From Sporomusaceae bacterium (GTDB lineage: Bacteria > Bacillota > Negativicutes > Acidaminococcales > JAJUGR01), in contig JAJUGR010000009.1 of the NCBI GenBank assembly GCA_029265905.1, positions 9,176 to 73,175 of the forward strand: a stretch of DNA of 64,000 nucleotides, written 5' to 3'. The notes beneath the pieces were generated by a model. The model made no database searches. It saw only the letters and a list, made by a program, of their open reading frames with translations, and was not told the DNA's origin. The stretch's first letter is position 1. The number at the start of each line of letters is the position of its first letter. The position numbers were made by a program, and so were the translations under genes. This document shows positions 11,867-21,897 of this stretch, piece after piece.

Positions 11867-12874
11867 ATGGCAACAGTATTCGGCAGTTTGTTCTTTCTAG
11901 TTCTTGTTATCGTCGGCGTGGTGATCTTCTTGCACTTTGTACCGGTCGGGTTGTGGATATCGGCAATGGCGGCCGGTTCCCACGTTGCCATTTTCACACT
12001 GATCGGCATGCGGCTGCGGCGCGTACCGCCGGCGCAGATCGTCATGCCCCTGATCAAAGCCAACAAGGCAGGCTTAGAAATAAATGCAAACCAACTTGAA
12101 GCACATTTTTTAGCGGGGGGCAACGTTGACCGGGTGATCGACGCTTTGATCGCGGCCCAGCGCGCAGAAATCCGCCTGACGTTTGAACGTGCCTGTGCGA
12201 TCGATTTGGCCGGCCGCAACGTCTTGGAAGCCGTACAAATGAGCGTCAATCCGCGCGTCATTGAAACGCCGATTGTTTCGGCCGTGGCCAAAAACGGCAT
12301 TGAACTCAAGGTGAAAGCGCGTGTTACGGTGCGGGCCAACATCGACCGCTTGGTGGGCGGCGCCGGTGAGGCGACGATCATCGCCCGCGTCGGCGAAGGC
12401 ATCGTTACGAATGTTGGTTCGGCCCCGGAACACGGCGTGGTATTGGAAAATCCGGACCTGATTTCCCGGACGGTACTGCAAAAAGGGCTTGATGCCGGGA
12501 CGGCGTTTGAAATTTTATCGATTGATATCGCCGACGTCGACGTGGGACGCAATATCGGCGCCGAACTGATGACAGATCAAGCCGAAGCCGACAAACGCAT
12601 CGCCCAAGCCAAGGCTGAGGAACGGCGGGCAATGGCGGTGGCAAAAGAGCAGGAAATGCGCGCCTATACGCAAGAGATGCAGGCGAAGGTTGTGGAAGCG
12701 CAGGCACAGGTGCCGGAAGCGCTGGCGCAGGCGCTGCGCGAAGGCCGGTTAGGCGTGATGGATTACTATCAGATGAACAACGTGATTGCCGACACGGAAA
12801 TGCGCAGCAGCTTGGCCGGGACAGGCCAGCCGGCAATAAAACCGCCGGCGTCCGAACCGCCGAAAAAAGGGTGA
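11867..12874 (+). CDS. floA: Flotillin-like protein FloA (YqfA)
   Basis: [50 protein letters not shown]. Confidence 0.96.
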   Translation: MATVFGSLFFLVLVIVGVVIFLHFVPVGLWISAMAAGSHVAIFTLIGMRLRRVPPAQIVMPLIKANKAGLEINANQLEAHFLAGGNVDRVIDALIAAQRAEIRLTFERACAIDLAGRNVLEAVQMSVNPRVIETPIVSAVAKNGIELKVKARVTVRANIDRLVGGAGEATIIARVGEGIVTNVGSAPEHGVVLENPDLISRTVLQKGLDAGTAFEILSIDIADVDVGRNIGAELMTDQAEADKRIAQAKAEERRAMAVAKEQEMRAYTQEMQAKVVEAQAQVPEALAQALREGRLGVMDYYQMNNVIADTEMRSSLAGTGQPAIKPPASEPPKKG

Positions 12875-12883
12875 TGAAGGCCT

Positions 12884-13249
12884 ATGGAGGACATTCTCAT
12901 TGGTTTGCTGTGGATTTTTCTGTTTTTCGGCTTGCCGGAACTGCTGCGCAAGAAACGGCGTCCGCAGGAATATGAGTATCCGACCTTTCCGGATGACGCG
13001 CCAACCACAGAAACAATAGAAACCGCGCCGGTTGAACCGGGCATCATCACGGAGGCGCCGTTCATTCCGCCGTCTTGGTCGGAAAAGCCGAAGCTGCGGC
13101 TGCCGGAAACAACCGTGCAATTACAGACTGTCGAACCGTCGCCGCCCCAGCTGGAGGAGTTGCGCCGCGGCATGTTGTGGCACGTGGTTTTGTCGCCGCC
13201 CGTTGCCGCGCAACGCGGTCGAGGGCGAAAAAATCGGTGTGGCTGGTAA
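12884..13249 (+). CDS. Hypothetical membrane-anchored protein (yqfB position)
   Basis: N-terminal TM segment, Pro/Glu/Thr-rich linker, C-terminal LRRGMLWHVVLSPP motif; SD present; third gene of the nfeD-floA unit. Confidence 0.6.
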   Translation: MEDILIGLLWIFLFFGLPELLRKKRRPQEYEYPTFPDDAPTTETIETAPVEPGIITEAPFIPPSWSEKPKLRLPETTVQLQTVEPSPPQLEELRRGMLWHVVLSPPVAAQRGRGRKNRCGW

Positions 13250-13263
13250 GGGGTGCATGTTTA

Positions 13264-14232
13264 ATGGAAAAGGCAGAGATCAGGATACGCCTGGAAGATG
13301 CCCAGGAAGCGGCGGCTGTCTTTGGCCGCAATGACGAGTTCTTGCGGCTGATCGTAGAGCGCTATGCCGCCGCCCGCATTTTGACGCGGGGGGAAGAAAT
13401 TGTCATTAACGCTGAGCCTCAGGAAGCAGAACGGATTCGCCGTCTGTTCGAGGAACTGCTTTTTTTACACCGGCAGGGCAATATCCTGACCTCCCATGAG
13501 GTCACCTATGGCATCCGGATGGTGGAGGAAGGGCGGGCGGAAAGCCTGCACCACATGTTTTCCGACACGGTGCTCGTGACCTACCGCGGCAAGCATGTCA
13601 AGTCCAAGACCTTGGGGCAGTGGACTTATCTGAAAGCCATCCAGCAGAACGCCGTCACAATTGGCATCGGGCCTGCCGGCACGGGCAAGACGTACCTGGC
13701 CGTCGCTATGGCGGTTTCCTTCTTGAAGCAAAAAGAAGTCGAGCGGATTATTTTGACCCGCCCGGCGGTTGAGGCGGGGGAGAAGCTGGGTTTTTTGCCC
13801 GGCGATCTGCAGGAAAAGGTTGACCCGTACTTGCGGCCGCTGTATGATGCCTTGTATGAGCTTATCGGTGCGGAAACGTTCCAAAAATATATGCAAAAAG
13901 GGATTATCGAGGTGGCGCCGCTCGCCTACATGCGGGGGCGGACACTAAATGACGCTTTTATTATTTTGGATGAGGCGCAGAACACGACGCCCGAGCAAAT
14001 GAAGATGTTTTTGACGCGGTTGGGGTTTGGCTCGCGCATGGCGGTAACCGGTGATGTGACGCAGGTAGATCTGCCGCACGGCAAAATGTCCGGACTGAAG
14101 CAAGCCGAACAAGTGCTGGCCGGCGTTCCAGGCGTCGCGATTGTGCGCTTTGCCGAAGGTGATGTCGTACGCCATGAATTGGTGGGCAGCATCATCAAGG
14201 CGTACGAGCGTTTTGAACAGCAACGGCAATGA
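13264..14232 (+). CDS. phoH: PhoH family protein
   Basis: GPAGTGKT Walker A, RPAVEAGEKLGFLPGD, LAYMRGRTL, DEAQN; start reset to ATG 13264. Confidence 0.96.
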   Translation: MEKAEIRIRLEDAQEAAAVFGRNDEFLRLIVERYAAARILTRGEEIVINAEPQEAERIRRLFEELLFLHRQGNILTSHEVTYGIRMVEEGRAESLHHMFSDTVLVTYRGKHVKSKTLGQWTYLKAIQQNAVTIGIGPAGTGKTYLAVAMAVSFLKQKEVERIILTRPAVEAGEKLGFLPGDLQEKVDPYLRPLYDALYELIGAETFQKYMQKGIIEVAPLAYMRGRTLNDAFIILDEAQNTTPEQMKMFLTRLGFGSRMAVTGDVTQVDLPHGKMSGLKQAEQVLAGVPGVAIVRFAEGDVVRHELVGSIIKAYERFEQQRQ

Positions 14233-14253
14233 AATCATAAAGGGGCGTTTGCT

Positions 14254-14721
14254 TTGAATATTTGGCTGGAAGATGAGCAAGACAAAGTGCCGGTTACGCC
14301 GGTTATTGAAGCATTGATCAACACGGTGCTGGAGGAAACCGCCCGCCGGCATGAACTGTCCGACGAAACGGAGGTCAGCGTCACGCTGGTGGATGATGCG
14401 CGGATTCAAGCGATCAACCGCGACTACCGGGGCATTGACCGCCCGACGGATGTCATTTCTTTTGCGCTGGAGGAGGGCGACGAACCGGCGATTATCGGCG
14501 GTCCGGCTGAATTGCTGCTGGGGGAAATCGTCATTTCGATGGAGACGGCGCTGCGGCAAGCGGACGACTACGGCCATACGCTAGAGCGGGAAGTCGCTTT
14601 TTTGGCGCTGCACGGCATGCTGCATTTGCTGCAGTATGATCACATAACGCCGGAGGACGAGCGGGTTATGCTGGACAAACAGGCAGAAATTTTGACTGCG
14701 CTGGGCATTAACCGGGAGTAA
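14254..14721 (+). CDS. ybeY: rRNA maturation RNase YbeY
   Basis: NRDYRGIDRPTDVISF, LGEIVIS, HGMLHLLQYDH zinc motif. Confidence 0.97.
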   Translation: MNIWLEDEQDKVPVTPVIEALINTVLEETARRHELSDETEVSVTLVDDARIQAINRDYRGIDRPTDVISFALEEGDEPAIIGGPAELLLGEIVISMETALRQADDYGHTLEREVAFLALHGMLHLLQYDHITPEDERVMLDKQAEILTALGINRE

Positions 14722-14736
14722 GCCGGGAGGAAGGTT

Positions 14737-15087
14737 ATGGATTGCAACAAAAGATGGAGTGATGCAGTTTATCACGCCTGGAACGGAATCTGGTATTGCC
14801 TGCGCCGGCAGCGCCATATCCGGGTAGGCGTGCTGGTGAGTCTCGTTGTCATGCTGGCGGCTTGGCATTGCCGCTTCTCCCGCGAGGAATGGGCGTTGCT
14901 GCTACTGACGATGACGGTCGTACTGGCGCTGGAGATGGTCAACACGGCGCTGGAAGCGGTTGTTGACATGGTGACGCTGGAGTATCATCAGTTGGCAAAG
15001 CTGGCAAAGGATGTCGCGGCGGGAGCGGTGCTGCTCTCGTGTCTGGCGGCGGCCGGCGTGGGCTTTTGCCTGTTTATTCTCAGATGA
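14737..15087 (+). CDS. dgkA: Diacylglycerol/undecaprenol kinase (DgkA family)
   Basis: LEMVNTALEAVVD, AKDVAAGAV; phoH-ybeY-dgkA-cdd-era synteny. Confidence 0.9.
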   Translation: MDCNKRWSDAVYHAWNGIWYCLRRQRHIRVGVLVSLVVMLAAWHCRFSREEWALLLLTMTVVLALEMVNTALEAVVDMVTLEYHQLAKLAKDVAAGAVLLSCLAAAGVGFCLFILR

Positions 15088-15101
15088 AAGCGGGTGGCCG
15101 C

Positions 15102-15497
15102 ATGGACAAATTGCGCGAGATGGCGCTGGCGGCGCGAGAACAAGCTTATGCCCCCTACTCGGGCTTTCGCGTTGGCGCGGCCCTGGCGGCACAGGACGGC
15201 CGGATTTTTGCCGGCGCCAATGTTGAAAACAGTTCCTATGGCCTTACGCTTTGCGCTGAGCGCAGCGCAGTGGCGGCGGCAGTGGCGGCTGGCGCCCGCA
15301 CTTTTTCCGCCTTATATGTCGTGGCGGATTCCCCCGTGCCGGTGGCGCCGTGCGGCGCGTGCCGGCAGGTGATCGCGGAATTCCACATTCCGCTGGTTAT
15401 CATGGCGAACTTGGCCGGCGAAGAGCGTCGGAGTTCCTATGCCGAATTACTACCCTACGCTTTTTCGACGGAGATGATGGAAGGAGGAAGAAAATGA
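15102..15497 (+). CDS. cdd: Cytidine deaminase
   Basis: AYAPYSGFRVGAA, GANVENSSYG, CAERSA, PCGACRQ. Confidence 0.96.
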   Translation: MDKLREMALAAREQAYAPYSGFRVGAALAAQDGRIFAGANVENSSYGLTLCAERSAVAAAVAAGARTFSALYVVADSPVPVAPCGACRQVIAEFHIPLVIMANLAGEERRSSYAELLPYAFSTEMMEGGRK

Positions 15498-16411
15498 GCC
15501 AGGAGCAAGAAAAGAAGCCTTTTCGCTCAGGTTTTATTGCGGTGGTCGGCAGGCCGAATGTGGGGAAATCAACCCTCATCAACAGCCTGGTGGGCCAAAA
15601 GCTGCTGATTATGTCGGATAAGCCGCAGACGACACGCAATCAATTGCTGTGCATCTTAACGACGGATACGTCGCAAATGTTGTTTTTAGACACGCCGGGT
15701 ATTCACAAGCCTAAGCACAAGCTGGGTGAATTTATGGTCGCGCAGGCCGAAAAAACGCTGCGTGACGTGGATGTGACGCTGTTTGTCGTCGATGCGACGG
15801 AAGAACGGGGACCGGGGGAAAACTTTATCCTCGAGTATCTGGCAAAATCGGAAGTGCCGGTTATTTTAGTGGTGAACAAAATCGATCAGCTTTCGGGTCC
15901 GGATGCGGTATTGTCGGTAATCAACCGCTATTCGCATACGATCAATTTCAATGCCGTGGTGCCGATCTCGGCGCTCGAGAAGACGAATCTGAGCAAGCTG
16001 CTGGAATTGATTGAAGCCGAGCTGCCGGAGGGGCCGATGTTTTATCCGGCCGACATGGTGACCGATCAACCGGAGCGCTTTGTTGCGGCGGAACTCATCC
16101 GCGAAAAGCTGCTTCATGTCATGCGGGATGAAGTGCCGCACGCCATTGCGGTCGAAGTTGACGAGATGAAGACGCGGGAAAACGATGACGTATACATTCG
16201 GGCCAATATTTACGTGGAGCGCGAGTCGCAAAAAGGGATCGTCATTGGCGCCGGCGGTAGTGTTTTGAAGGAGGTCGGCCGTCTGGCCCGCCAGGAAATC
16301 GAGACGATGCTGGGCAATCGCGTCTACCTTGAGCTGTGGGTCAAGGTGAAGAAGGACTGGCGCAACAAGGACGGCAGCCTGCGTTCCTTTGGGTACGGCG
16401 ATAAAAAGTAA
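15494..16411 (+). CDS. era: GTPase Era
   Basis: GRPNVGKS, DTPG, NKID, KH domain with GIVIG; ATG 15494 after GGAGG. Confidence 0.98.
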   Translation: MSQEQEKKPFRSGFIAVVGRPNVGKSTLINSLVGQKLLIMSDKPQTTRNQLLCILTTDTSQMLFLDTPGIHKPKHKLGEFMVAQAEKTLRDVDVTLFVVDATEERGPGENFILEYLAKSEVPVILVVNKIDQLSGPDAVLSVINRYSHTINFNAVVPISALEKTNLSKLLELIEAELPEGPMFYPADMVTDQPERFVAAELIREKLLHVMRDEVPHAIAVEVDEMKTRENDDVYIRANIYVERESQKGIVIGAGGSVLKEVGRLARQEIETMLGNRVYLELWVKVKKDWRNKDGSLRSFGYGDKK

Positions 16412-16487
16412 GTTTTCAGGGCGGGAAGTTTCTGGCTGCTAATCGCGGCAGACAGGCGATTTTTCCGCTCGGTGGGGGAGATGCGTT

Positions 16488-17825
16488 ATCGATACGGCGG
16501 CTTATAGTGCGGTGAAGTTGTTGGCGGCCCTGGCCTTGGTCGGGGTGAACGCCTTTTTTGTCATGGCTGAGTTTTCATTAGTTCGCATTCGTAAAACCCG
16601 GCTGGAAGAACTGGTGCATCAGGGCAATGGGCGTGCTGCGCTGTCGCTGAAAATGGCGAATGCGCTGGACGCTTATTTGAGCGCGAGCCAGCTGGGCATC
16701 ACGCTTGCCTCTCTTGCCTTGGGTTGGCTGGGGGAGCCGGCGGTGGCCTCGCTGCTGGAGCCGCTGATCGTAGGCTATATGCAGTTTGTCCCCGGCTGGT
16801 TCGTGCAAACGCTTAGCTTTATTGTGAGTTTTACGGTCATTACCTTTTTACATATCGTCTTGGGTGAATTGGTGCCGCGTTCCCTCGCCTTGCAGCGCGT
16901 GGAGACGATTGCGCTGTTTAGCGCCTGGCCGTTGTACGCTTTCTACAAGCTGGGCTACCCGGTTATTGTCTTGTTTAATCGTACGGCCAGGATGATGCTG
17001 GCGGCGTTAGGCATTGAACCGGCTTCCGAAACGGATATAGCGCATTCCGAGGACGAGCTGCGGATCATTGTCAGCGCTAGTGAGCGGGGCGGCGTGCTGG
17101 ACCGCATGGAAAGCCGCATGATCGATAATGTGTTTGATTTTGCCGATCGCATGGCGCGGGAAGTAATGGTTCCCCGGCAGGACATGGTCTGCTTGTTTGT
17201 CGAGGACAGTTTTGCCGAGAACCTGGAGGTGGTGCGCTCGACCGGGCACACGCGCTACCCGTTGTGCAAGGATGACAAGGACCACGTCCTGGGCATGGTG
17301 CATATCCGCGACGTCATGGAGATCCACTGGCGCAAAAAAGAGGCCGCTGCTTCATCTGACTTGGCCGACGTGGTCCGGGAACTGATTGTCGTGCCGGAAG
17401 CAATGCCGATTGCCAGCTTGCTGCAACGCATGCAAAAAAAACGCATCCAACTGGCGTTGGTCGCCGATGAATATGGCGGCACGGCGGGGCTGGTGGCGAT
17501 GGAGGACTTGCTGGAACAAATTGTAGGCGATATTCAAGATGAGTACGATCAGGAAGAAGCAGAAATGACGCGCCTGCCGGACGGTTCATATGAATTTGAC
17601 GGCATGGTCTTGCTCGACGAGGTGTTTGACCTCTTGCAGATTGACTTGCCGGAACAGGAAGCAGACACCTTGGGCGGTTACGTGTTCGGCCTGTTGGGCC
17701 GGCGGCCGGAAATTGGCGACAAGGTGGCGATCGGCGAATATGCCTTTGAAGTGCTGCGGGTGAAGGGGTTCAGGGTTGTGCGGCTTCGGGCTCAACGGCA
17801 AGCGCCGCCGACGGGAGCCGAGTGA
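16488..17825 (+). CDS. HlyC/CorC (CNNM/DUF21-CBS-CorC) membrane protein
   Basis: NAFFVMAEFSLV, SQLGITLASLALG, GELVPRSLA, tandem CBS (AREVMVPR, TRYPL, DEYGGTAG), CorC domain. Start uncertain: ATC 16488 fits the SD; first canonical codon is GTG 16512. Confidence 0.9.
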   Translation: MDTAAYSAVKLLAALALVGVNAFFVMAEFSLVRIRKTRLEELVHQGNGRAALSLKMANALDAYLSASQLGITLASLALGWLGEPAVASLLEPLIVGYMQFVPGWFVQTLSFIVSFTVITFLHIVLGELVPRSLALQRVETIALFSAWPLYAFYKLGYPVIVLFNRTARMMLAALGIEPASETDIAHSEDELRIIVSASERGGVLDRMESRMIDNVFDFADRMAREVMVPRQDMVCLFVEDSFAENLEVVRSTGHTRYPLCKDDKDHVLGMVHIRDVMEIHWRKKEAAASSDLADVVRELIVVPEAMPIASLLQRMQKKRIQLALVADEYGGTAGLVAMEDLLEQIVGDIQDEYDQEEAEMTRLPDGSYEFDGMVLLDEVFDLLQIDLPEQEADTLGGYVFGLLGRRPEIGDKVAIGEYAFEVLRVKGFRVVRLRAQRQAPPTGAE

Positions 17826-17826
17826 C

Positions 17827-18585
17827 ATGGCTGACGATAAAGGGCTATACCAGGATGAGGCCATTGTCCTGACGGTTAAGGATTGGCAGTGGCAGGACCG
17901 CATCGCCATGCTGCTGACAAAAGAAAAAGGCAAGCTGCCGGTGCTGGCCTTTGGCGCCAAGCGGATGCGCCAGTCCTGGAACGCCCAGCTGCAGCCTTTA
18001 TCCTGCTTGCGGGTGTCCGTTAAGCTCGGCACGCGCATGGCCGTTTTGCGGGCGGCGGAGCGGATTGGCTCACTGCATTTGCCGGACGAGGCGCTGGAAG
18101 TAATGGCTTACGGCGCCGTCATGGCCGAGGCGACGGCCGCGCTGCTGCCCGATGAAGAACCGCATCCGGCGGTGTTCGATTTGCTGGCGGCGGCGGTGCC
18201 GGCCTTAGTGGCCCGCAATCCGCGCCTGATTGCGCTCACCTATTTAATCCAGATGCTGCGCTTGTGCGGCTACGAACCGGATTATGAACGGTGTGCGCTG
18301 TGCCAGCAGCCGGTGGCGGGCAAGGCCTTTCGCCTGGAACCGCTGCAAGGCGGCGTCGTTTGCGGCGCGTGTGAGGCCGGGGTGCCGGCGGAACCGGAAA
18401 CGGTCGATTTGTTAATGCGCTTGAGCCAGCTCAGCTTTGCCGCCGAGGAAAAATTCACTGTGCGTGGCAAACAGCTGCTGGAGGCGGAGCGGTTTATCTA
18501 TCGTTTCCTGCAGCTGCAGATGGACAAGCCGCTTCAGTCGCTGCGCTTTTTGCAGCAGCTCGGGCAAACGCTGCTGAAGGGCTGA
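17827..18585 (+). CDS. recO: DNA repair protein RecO
   Basis: EAIVL..LLTKEKGK..AFGAKR OB fold, CALC...CGAC zinc finger; era-recO-glyQS synteny. Confidence 0.88.
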   Translation: MADDKGLYQDEAIVLTVKDWQWQDRIAMLLTKEKGKLPVLAFGAKRMRQSWNAQLQPLSCLRVSVKLGTRMAVLRAAERIGSLHLPDEALEVMAYGAVMAEATAALLPDEEPHPAVFDLLAAAVPALVARNPRLIALTYLIQMLRLCGYEPDYERCALCQQPVAGKAFRLEPLQGGVVCGACEAGVPAEPETVDLLMRLSQLSFAAEEKFTVRGKQLLEAERFIYRFLQLQMDKPLQSLRFLQQLGQTLLKG

Positions 18586-18587
18586 CC

Positions 18588-18617
18588 TTGACAAGGCGAA
18601 GCTTTATTTGCTATAGT
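18588..18617 (+). promoter_or_regulatory. sigmaA promoter of the glyQS leader
   Basis: TTGACA-N18-TATAGT with extended TG. Confidence 0.8.
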
Positions 18618-18621
18618 CATA

Positions 18622-18826
18622 AGAGACTTTGTGATGATCCAGACAAGTAGCTGCCCCAAAGCGAGCCGGAGAGGGTGAAAGCCGGCATTGGCAGTGAAGG
18701 CACTGGTGAGCAAAAAGACAACTTTATCCGTCAGAGCCGGGCTGGTCTGCCAGCCAAGCAGGGTGGAACCGCGGGAGCATGCTCCCGTCCCTGCAACAGC
18801 AATGTTGCAGGGACGGGAGTTTTTTT
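18622..18826 (+). promoter_or_regulatory. Glycine T-box riboswitch (leader of glyQS)
   Basis: T-box AGGGTGGAACCGCG (18760-18773); specifier GAA-GGC (Gly codon 18699-18701); AGTA, AG and GNTG boxes; 17-bp terminator 18782-18819 with a GCAA loop followed by a T-run. Confidence 0.95.
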
Positions 18827-18849
18827 ATGATAAAAAGGAGGAAGACAGC

Positions 18850-19731
18850 GTGAATTTTCAAGAGATCATTTTGACCTTGCAAACTTTTTGGGCCGGACAA
18901 AAATGCGTTTTGGGACAGCCCTACGACATTGAAAAAGGCGCCGGCACCATGAACCCCAACACCTTTTTGCGGGCCTTGGGCCCCGAGCCTTGGAATGTGG
19001 CCTACGTTGAGCCGTCCCGCCGCCCGAACGACGGCCGTTACGGCGACAATCCGAACCGCCTGTTCCAGCACCACCAGTTTCAGGTGATCATGAAACCGTC
19101 GCCGGCCAACATCCAGGAATTGTACCTGGAAAGCCTGGAAAAACTAGGCATCAATCCGACGGAACACGACATCCGCTTCGTCGAGGACAACTGGGAATCG
19201 CCGACGCTCGGCGCCTGGGGCCTGGGCTGGGAAGTTTGGCTAGACGGCATGGAAATTACGCAGTTCACCTATTTCCAGCAGGTTGGCAGCATTGACGTCA
19301 AGCCGGTTTCCGTTGAAATCACCTACGGCCTGGAACGGCTGGCCATGTATATCCAGGGCAAGGAAAATGTTTATGATCTGGAGTGGGTTGACGGCGTCAC
19401 CTACGGCGACGTTTTCCACCGCAATGAAGTGGAACAGTCGGTCTACAATTTTGAACTGGCTGATACGGCGCTCTTGTTCGACCTGTTCGACAAATATGAG
19501 AAGGAGGCGCAGCGCATCATCGCGGCAGGCTACGTGCTGCCGGCGTACGACTATGTGTTGAAATGCTCGCACACCTTCAATTTGCTGGACGCGCGGGGCG
19601 CCATCAGCGTCAGCGAGCGCACGGGCTTCATTGCGCGGGTGCGCAATATGGCGCGCTTGTGCGCGTCTGCTTATCTTGAACAGCGGGAGCAGCTTGGCTT
19701 TCCCATGCTGAAAGGGGGAAAAAAAGCATGA
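18850..19731 (+). CDS. glyQ: Glycine-tRNA ligase alpha subunit
   Basis: [40 protein letters not shown]; GTG 18850 after the SD. Confidence 0.99.
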   Translation: MNFQEIILTLQTFWAGQKCVLGQPYDIEKGAGTMNPNTFLRALGPEPWNVAYVEPSRRPNDGRYGDNPNRLFQHHQFQVIMKPSPANIQELYLESLEKLGINPTEHDIRFVEDNWESPTLGAWGLGWEVWLDGMEITQFTYFQQVGSIDVKPVSVEITYGLERLAMYIQGKENVYDLEWVDGVTYGDVFHRNEVEQSVYNFELADTALLFDLFDKYEKEAQRIIAAGYVLPAYDYVLKCSHTFNLLDARGAISVSERTGFIARVRNMARLCASAYLEQREQLGFPMLKGGKKA

Positions 19732-21785
19732 GCGAAGTGTTTTTGCTTGAAATAGGCACGGAAGAAATCCCGGCGCATTTTTTGCCGGGCATTTTGGAGC
19801 AGTTGGAAAAAGGCGCGCACGCCTGGTTGGCGGCGACTGGCGTGGAAGGCGCCACCGTCAGGGCGCTCGGGACGCCGCGCCGCATGGCGCTGACGATTGC
19901 TAATCTGCCGGCGCGTTTGCCGGACCGCGTGGAAGAAAACCGCGGTCCGTCGGCGGCGGTTGCTTATAACGCCCAAGGCGAACCGACTAAAGCCGGGCAG
20001 GGCTTTGCCCGCGGCCAGGGCGTCGCGGTGTCGGATTTGGTCATCCGCGAAGGATATGTATACGCGGTTAAACAAATTGCCGGCGCACAAACCGGTGCCG
20101 CTCTGTCCGACTGGCTGGGCAGCCTGCTCGACGGCTTGAATTTCCCCAAGAACATGCGCTGGGGCGATCTGGACGTGCGCTTTGTCCGTCCGATTCGCTG
20201 GCTGGTGGCGATGCTCAACGAGGCTGTTCTGCCCTTCACCTATGCGGAAGTGACCGCCGGCAACCTGACGCGGGGCCATCGCTTTTTAAGCGAGGGCGAG
20301 ATTGTCATTCCCGCAGCGGCTGATTATGAAAGCGTGCTGGCGCAGGCGAGCGTCATTGTCGACCCGGCGCAGCGCAAGCGCCTGATTGTGGCGCAGGTCG
20401 CCGCGCTTGCCGAACAAGAAGGCGGACGCGCCCTCATGGACGAAGACCTGCTGGAGGAAGTCATCTACCTGGTTGAATATCCGACCGCCTTGTGCGGCCG
20501 GTTTGACGAAACGTTTTTGAACCTGCCCAAGGAAGCGGTCATTACGCCAATGAAAGAACACCAGCGCTATTTTCCGGTCGTGCGGGAAGACGGCTCCTTG
20601 CTGCCGCTGTTCATCACCGTGCGCAATGGCGGTACGGCGCACCTTGACGTTGTCGCCCATGGCAATGAACGCGTCTTGCGGGCCCGGTTGAGCGATGCGG
20701 CCTTCTTTTACGCCGAGGACAAGAAGCAGCCGCTGGCGGTCAAGGGGGAAAAATTAGCGAACGTCGTCTTCCAGGAAGGCCTCGGCTCGATGCGGGACAA
20801 AACGGCTCGCCTGGCGTCGGTTGCCGCCAAGCTCGCCGAACTGGTCGGTGCGGCGGCGGAAAAAGAGGCGGTGGCGCGCACCGCAGCCTTGTCTAAGGCT
20901 GACCTGATGACGAACATGGTCAATGAATTCCCGGAATTGCAGGGCATCATGGGGCGGGAGTACGCCTTGCTCAGCGGAGAGGCAGAGGCTGTGGCCCAAG
21001 GCATTTACGAGCACTACCTGCCGCGTTTTTCCGGCGACGAGCTGCCGCAGACGACGGCCGGCCGTCTTGTTTCCCTTGCCGACAAACTTGACAACATTGT
21101 GGCGACCTTCAGCCGCGGGTTGATTCCCAGCGGTTCGCAGGATCCGTACGCGCTGCGCCGGCAGGCGCAGGGCATCGTCCAGATCCTTGCTGATTCAAAA
21201 TATCCGCTGACGCTCGACGCGCTGTTTGACATCGCCATGGAGTCCTTGGCGATTGATGCCGATCGGCAAGCGGCGCTCAAGCAGGCGTTGGCTGATTTCT
21301 TCGGTTTGCGCATTCGCAACCTGCTGGCGGAAAACGGGACGCGGCATGACTTGCTGGAAGCGGTATTGTCCTCGCCGGCGGTGCTGATTGCCGACATGCT
21401 TGCCAGGGCGACAGCGCTGAACGCCTTCTCCGAATTGCCGGCCTGGCCGTCGATTGTGCAAACCTTTACCCGGGTGGCCAACCTGGTCAAAGACGGGGCG
21501 GCTGCGCCTGTCCAGGCAGAGCTGTTCGTCCACCCGTCAGAAGGGGCGCTCTATGAAGCGGTCCGGCAGCAACAGCAGAAAGCGGCGGCTTTGCTGGCCG
21601 ACCGCAATTATGAAGGGCTGCTTGGCCTGACGGCGGAATTGGCCGAGCCGGTCAACGCCCTGTTCGACAACGTCATGATTATGGCGCCTGAGGCAGAGGT
21701 TAAGCAAAACCGGCTGGCTTTGCTTGCGTCCGTGCGCGATTTTGCCCTGCAGGTGGCTGATTTGAGCAAGGTTGTCATGGAATAG
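19728..21785 (+). CDS. glyS: Glycine-tRNA ligase beta subunit
   Basis: [50 protein letters not shown]. Confidence 0.98.
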   Translation: MSEVFLLEIGTEEIPAHFLPGILEQLEKGAHAWLAATGVEGATVRALGTPRRMALTIANLPARLPDRVEENRGPSAAVAYNAQGEPTKAGQGFARGQGVAVSDLVIREGYVYAVKQIAGAQTGAALSDWLGSLLDGLNFPKNMRWGDLDVRFVRPIRWLVAMLNEAVLPFTYAEVTAGNLTRGHRFLSEGEIVIPAAADYESVLAQASVIVDPAQRKRLIVAQVAALAEQEGGRALMDEDLLEEVIYLVEYPTALCGRFDETFLNLPKEAVITPMKEHQRYFPVVREDGSLLPLFITVRNGGTAHLDVVAHGNERVLRARLSDAAFFYAEDKKQPLAVKGEKLANVVFQEGLGSMRDKTARLASVAAKLAELVGAAAEKEAVARTAALSKADLMTNMVNEFPELQGIMGREYALLSGEAEAVAQGIYEHYLPRFSGDELPQTTAGRLVSLADKLDNIVATFSRGLIPSGSQDPYALRRQAQGIVQILADSKYPLTLDALFDIAMESLAIDADRQAALKQALADFFGLRIRNLLAENGTRHDLLEAVLSSPAVLIADMLARATALNAFSELPAWPSIVQTFTRVANLVKDGAAAPVQAELFVHPSEGALYEAVRQQQQKAAALLADRNYEGLLGLTAELAEPVNALFDNVMIMAPEAEVKQNRLALLASVRDFALQVADLSKVVME

Positions 21786-21824
21786 AAAAAAAGCAGGTGA
21801 AATTTTTCATTCACCTGCTTTTTT
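21786..21824. terminator. Terminator after glyS (symmetric A/T tails)
   Basis: AAAAAAAGCAGGTGAA ... TTCACCTGCTTTTTT inverted repeat. Confidence 0.85.
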
Positions 21825-21826
21825 CT

Positions 21827-21855
21827 TTGAGCAATATAGTGTATACTAATAAAGT
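21827..21855 (+). promoter_or_regulatory. Candidate sigmaA promoter of ppsA with a near-palindrome in the spacer
   Basis: TTGAGC-N17-TAAAGT; TAGTGTATACTA (21837-21848) lies in the spacer. Confidence 0.5.
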
Positions 21856-21897
21856 GAGATTGAGGTAAATAACATACAACAATAGCGGAGGGATAGC

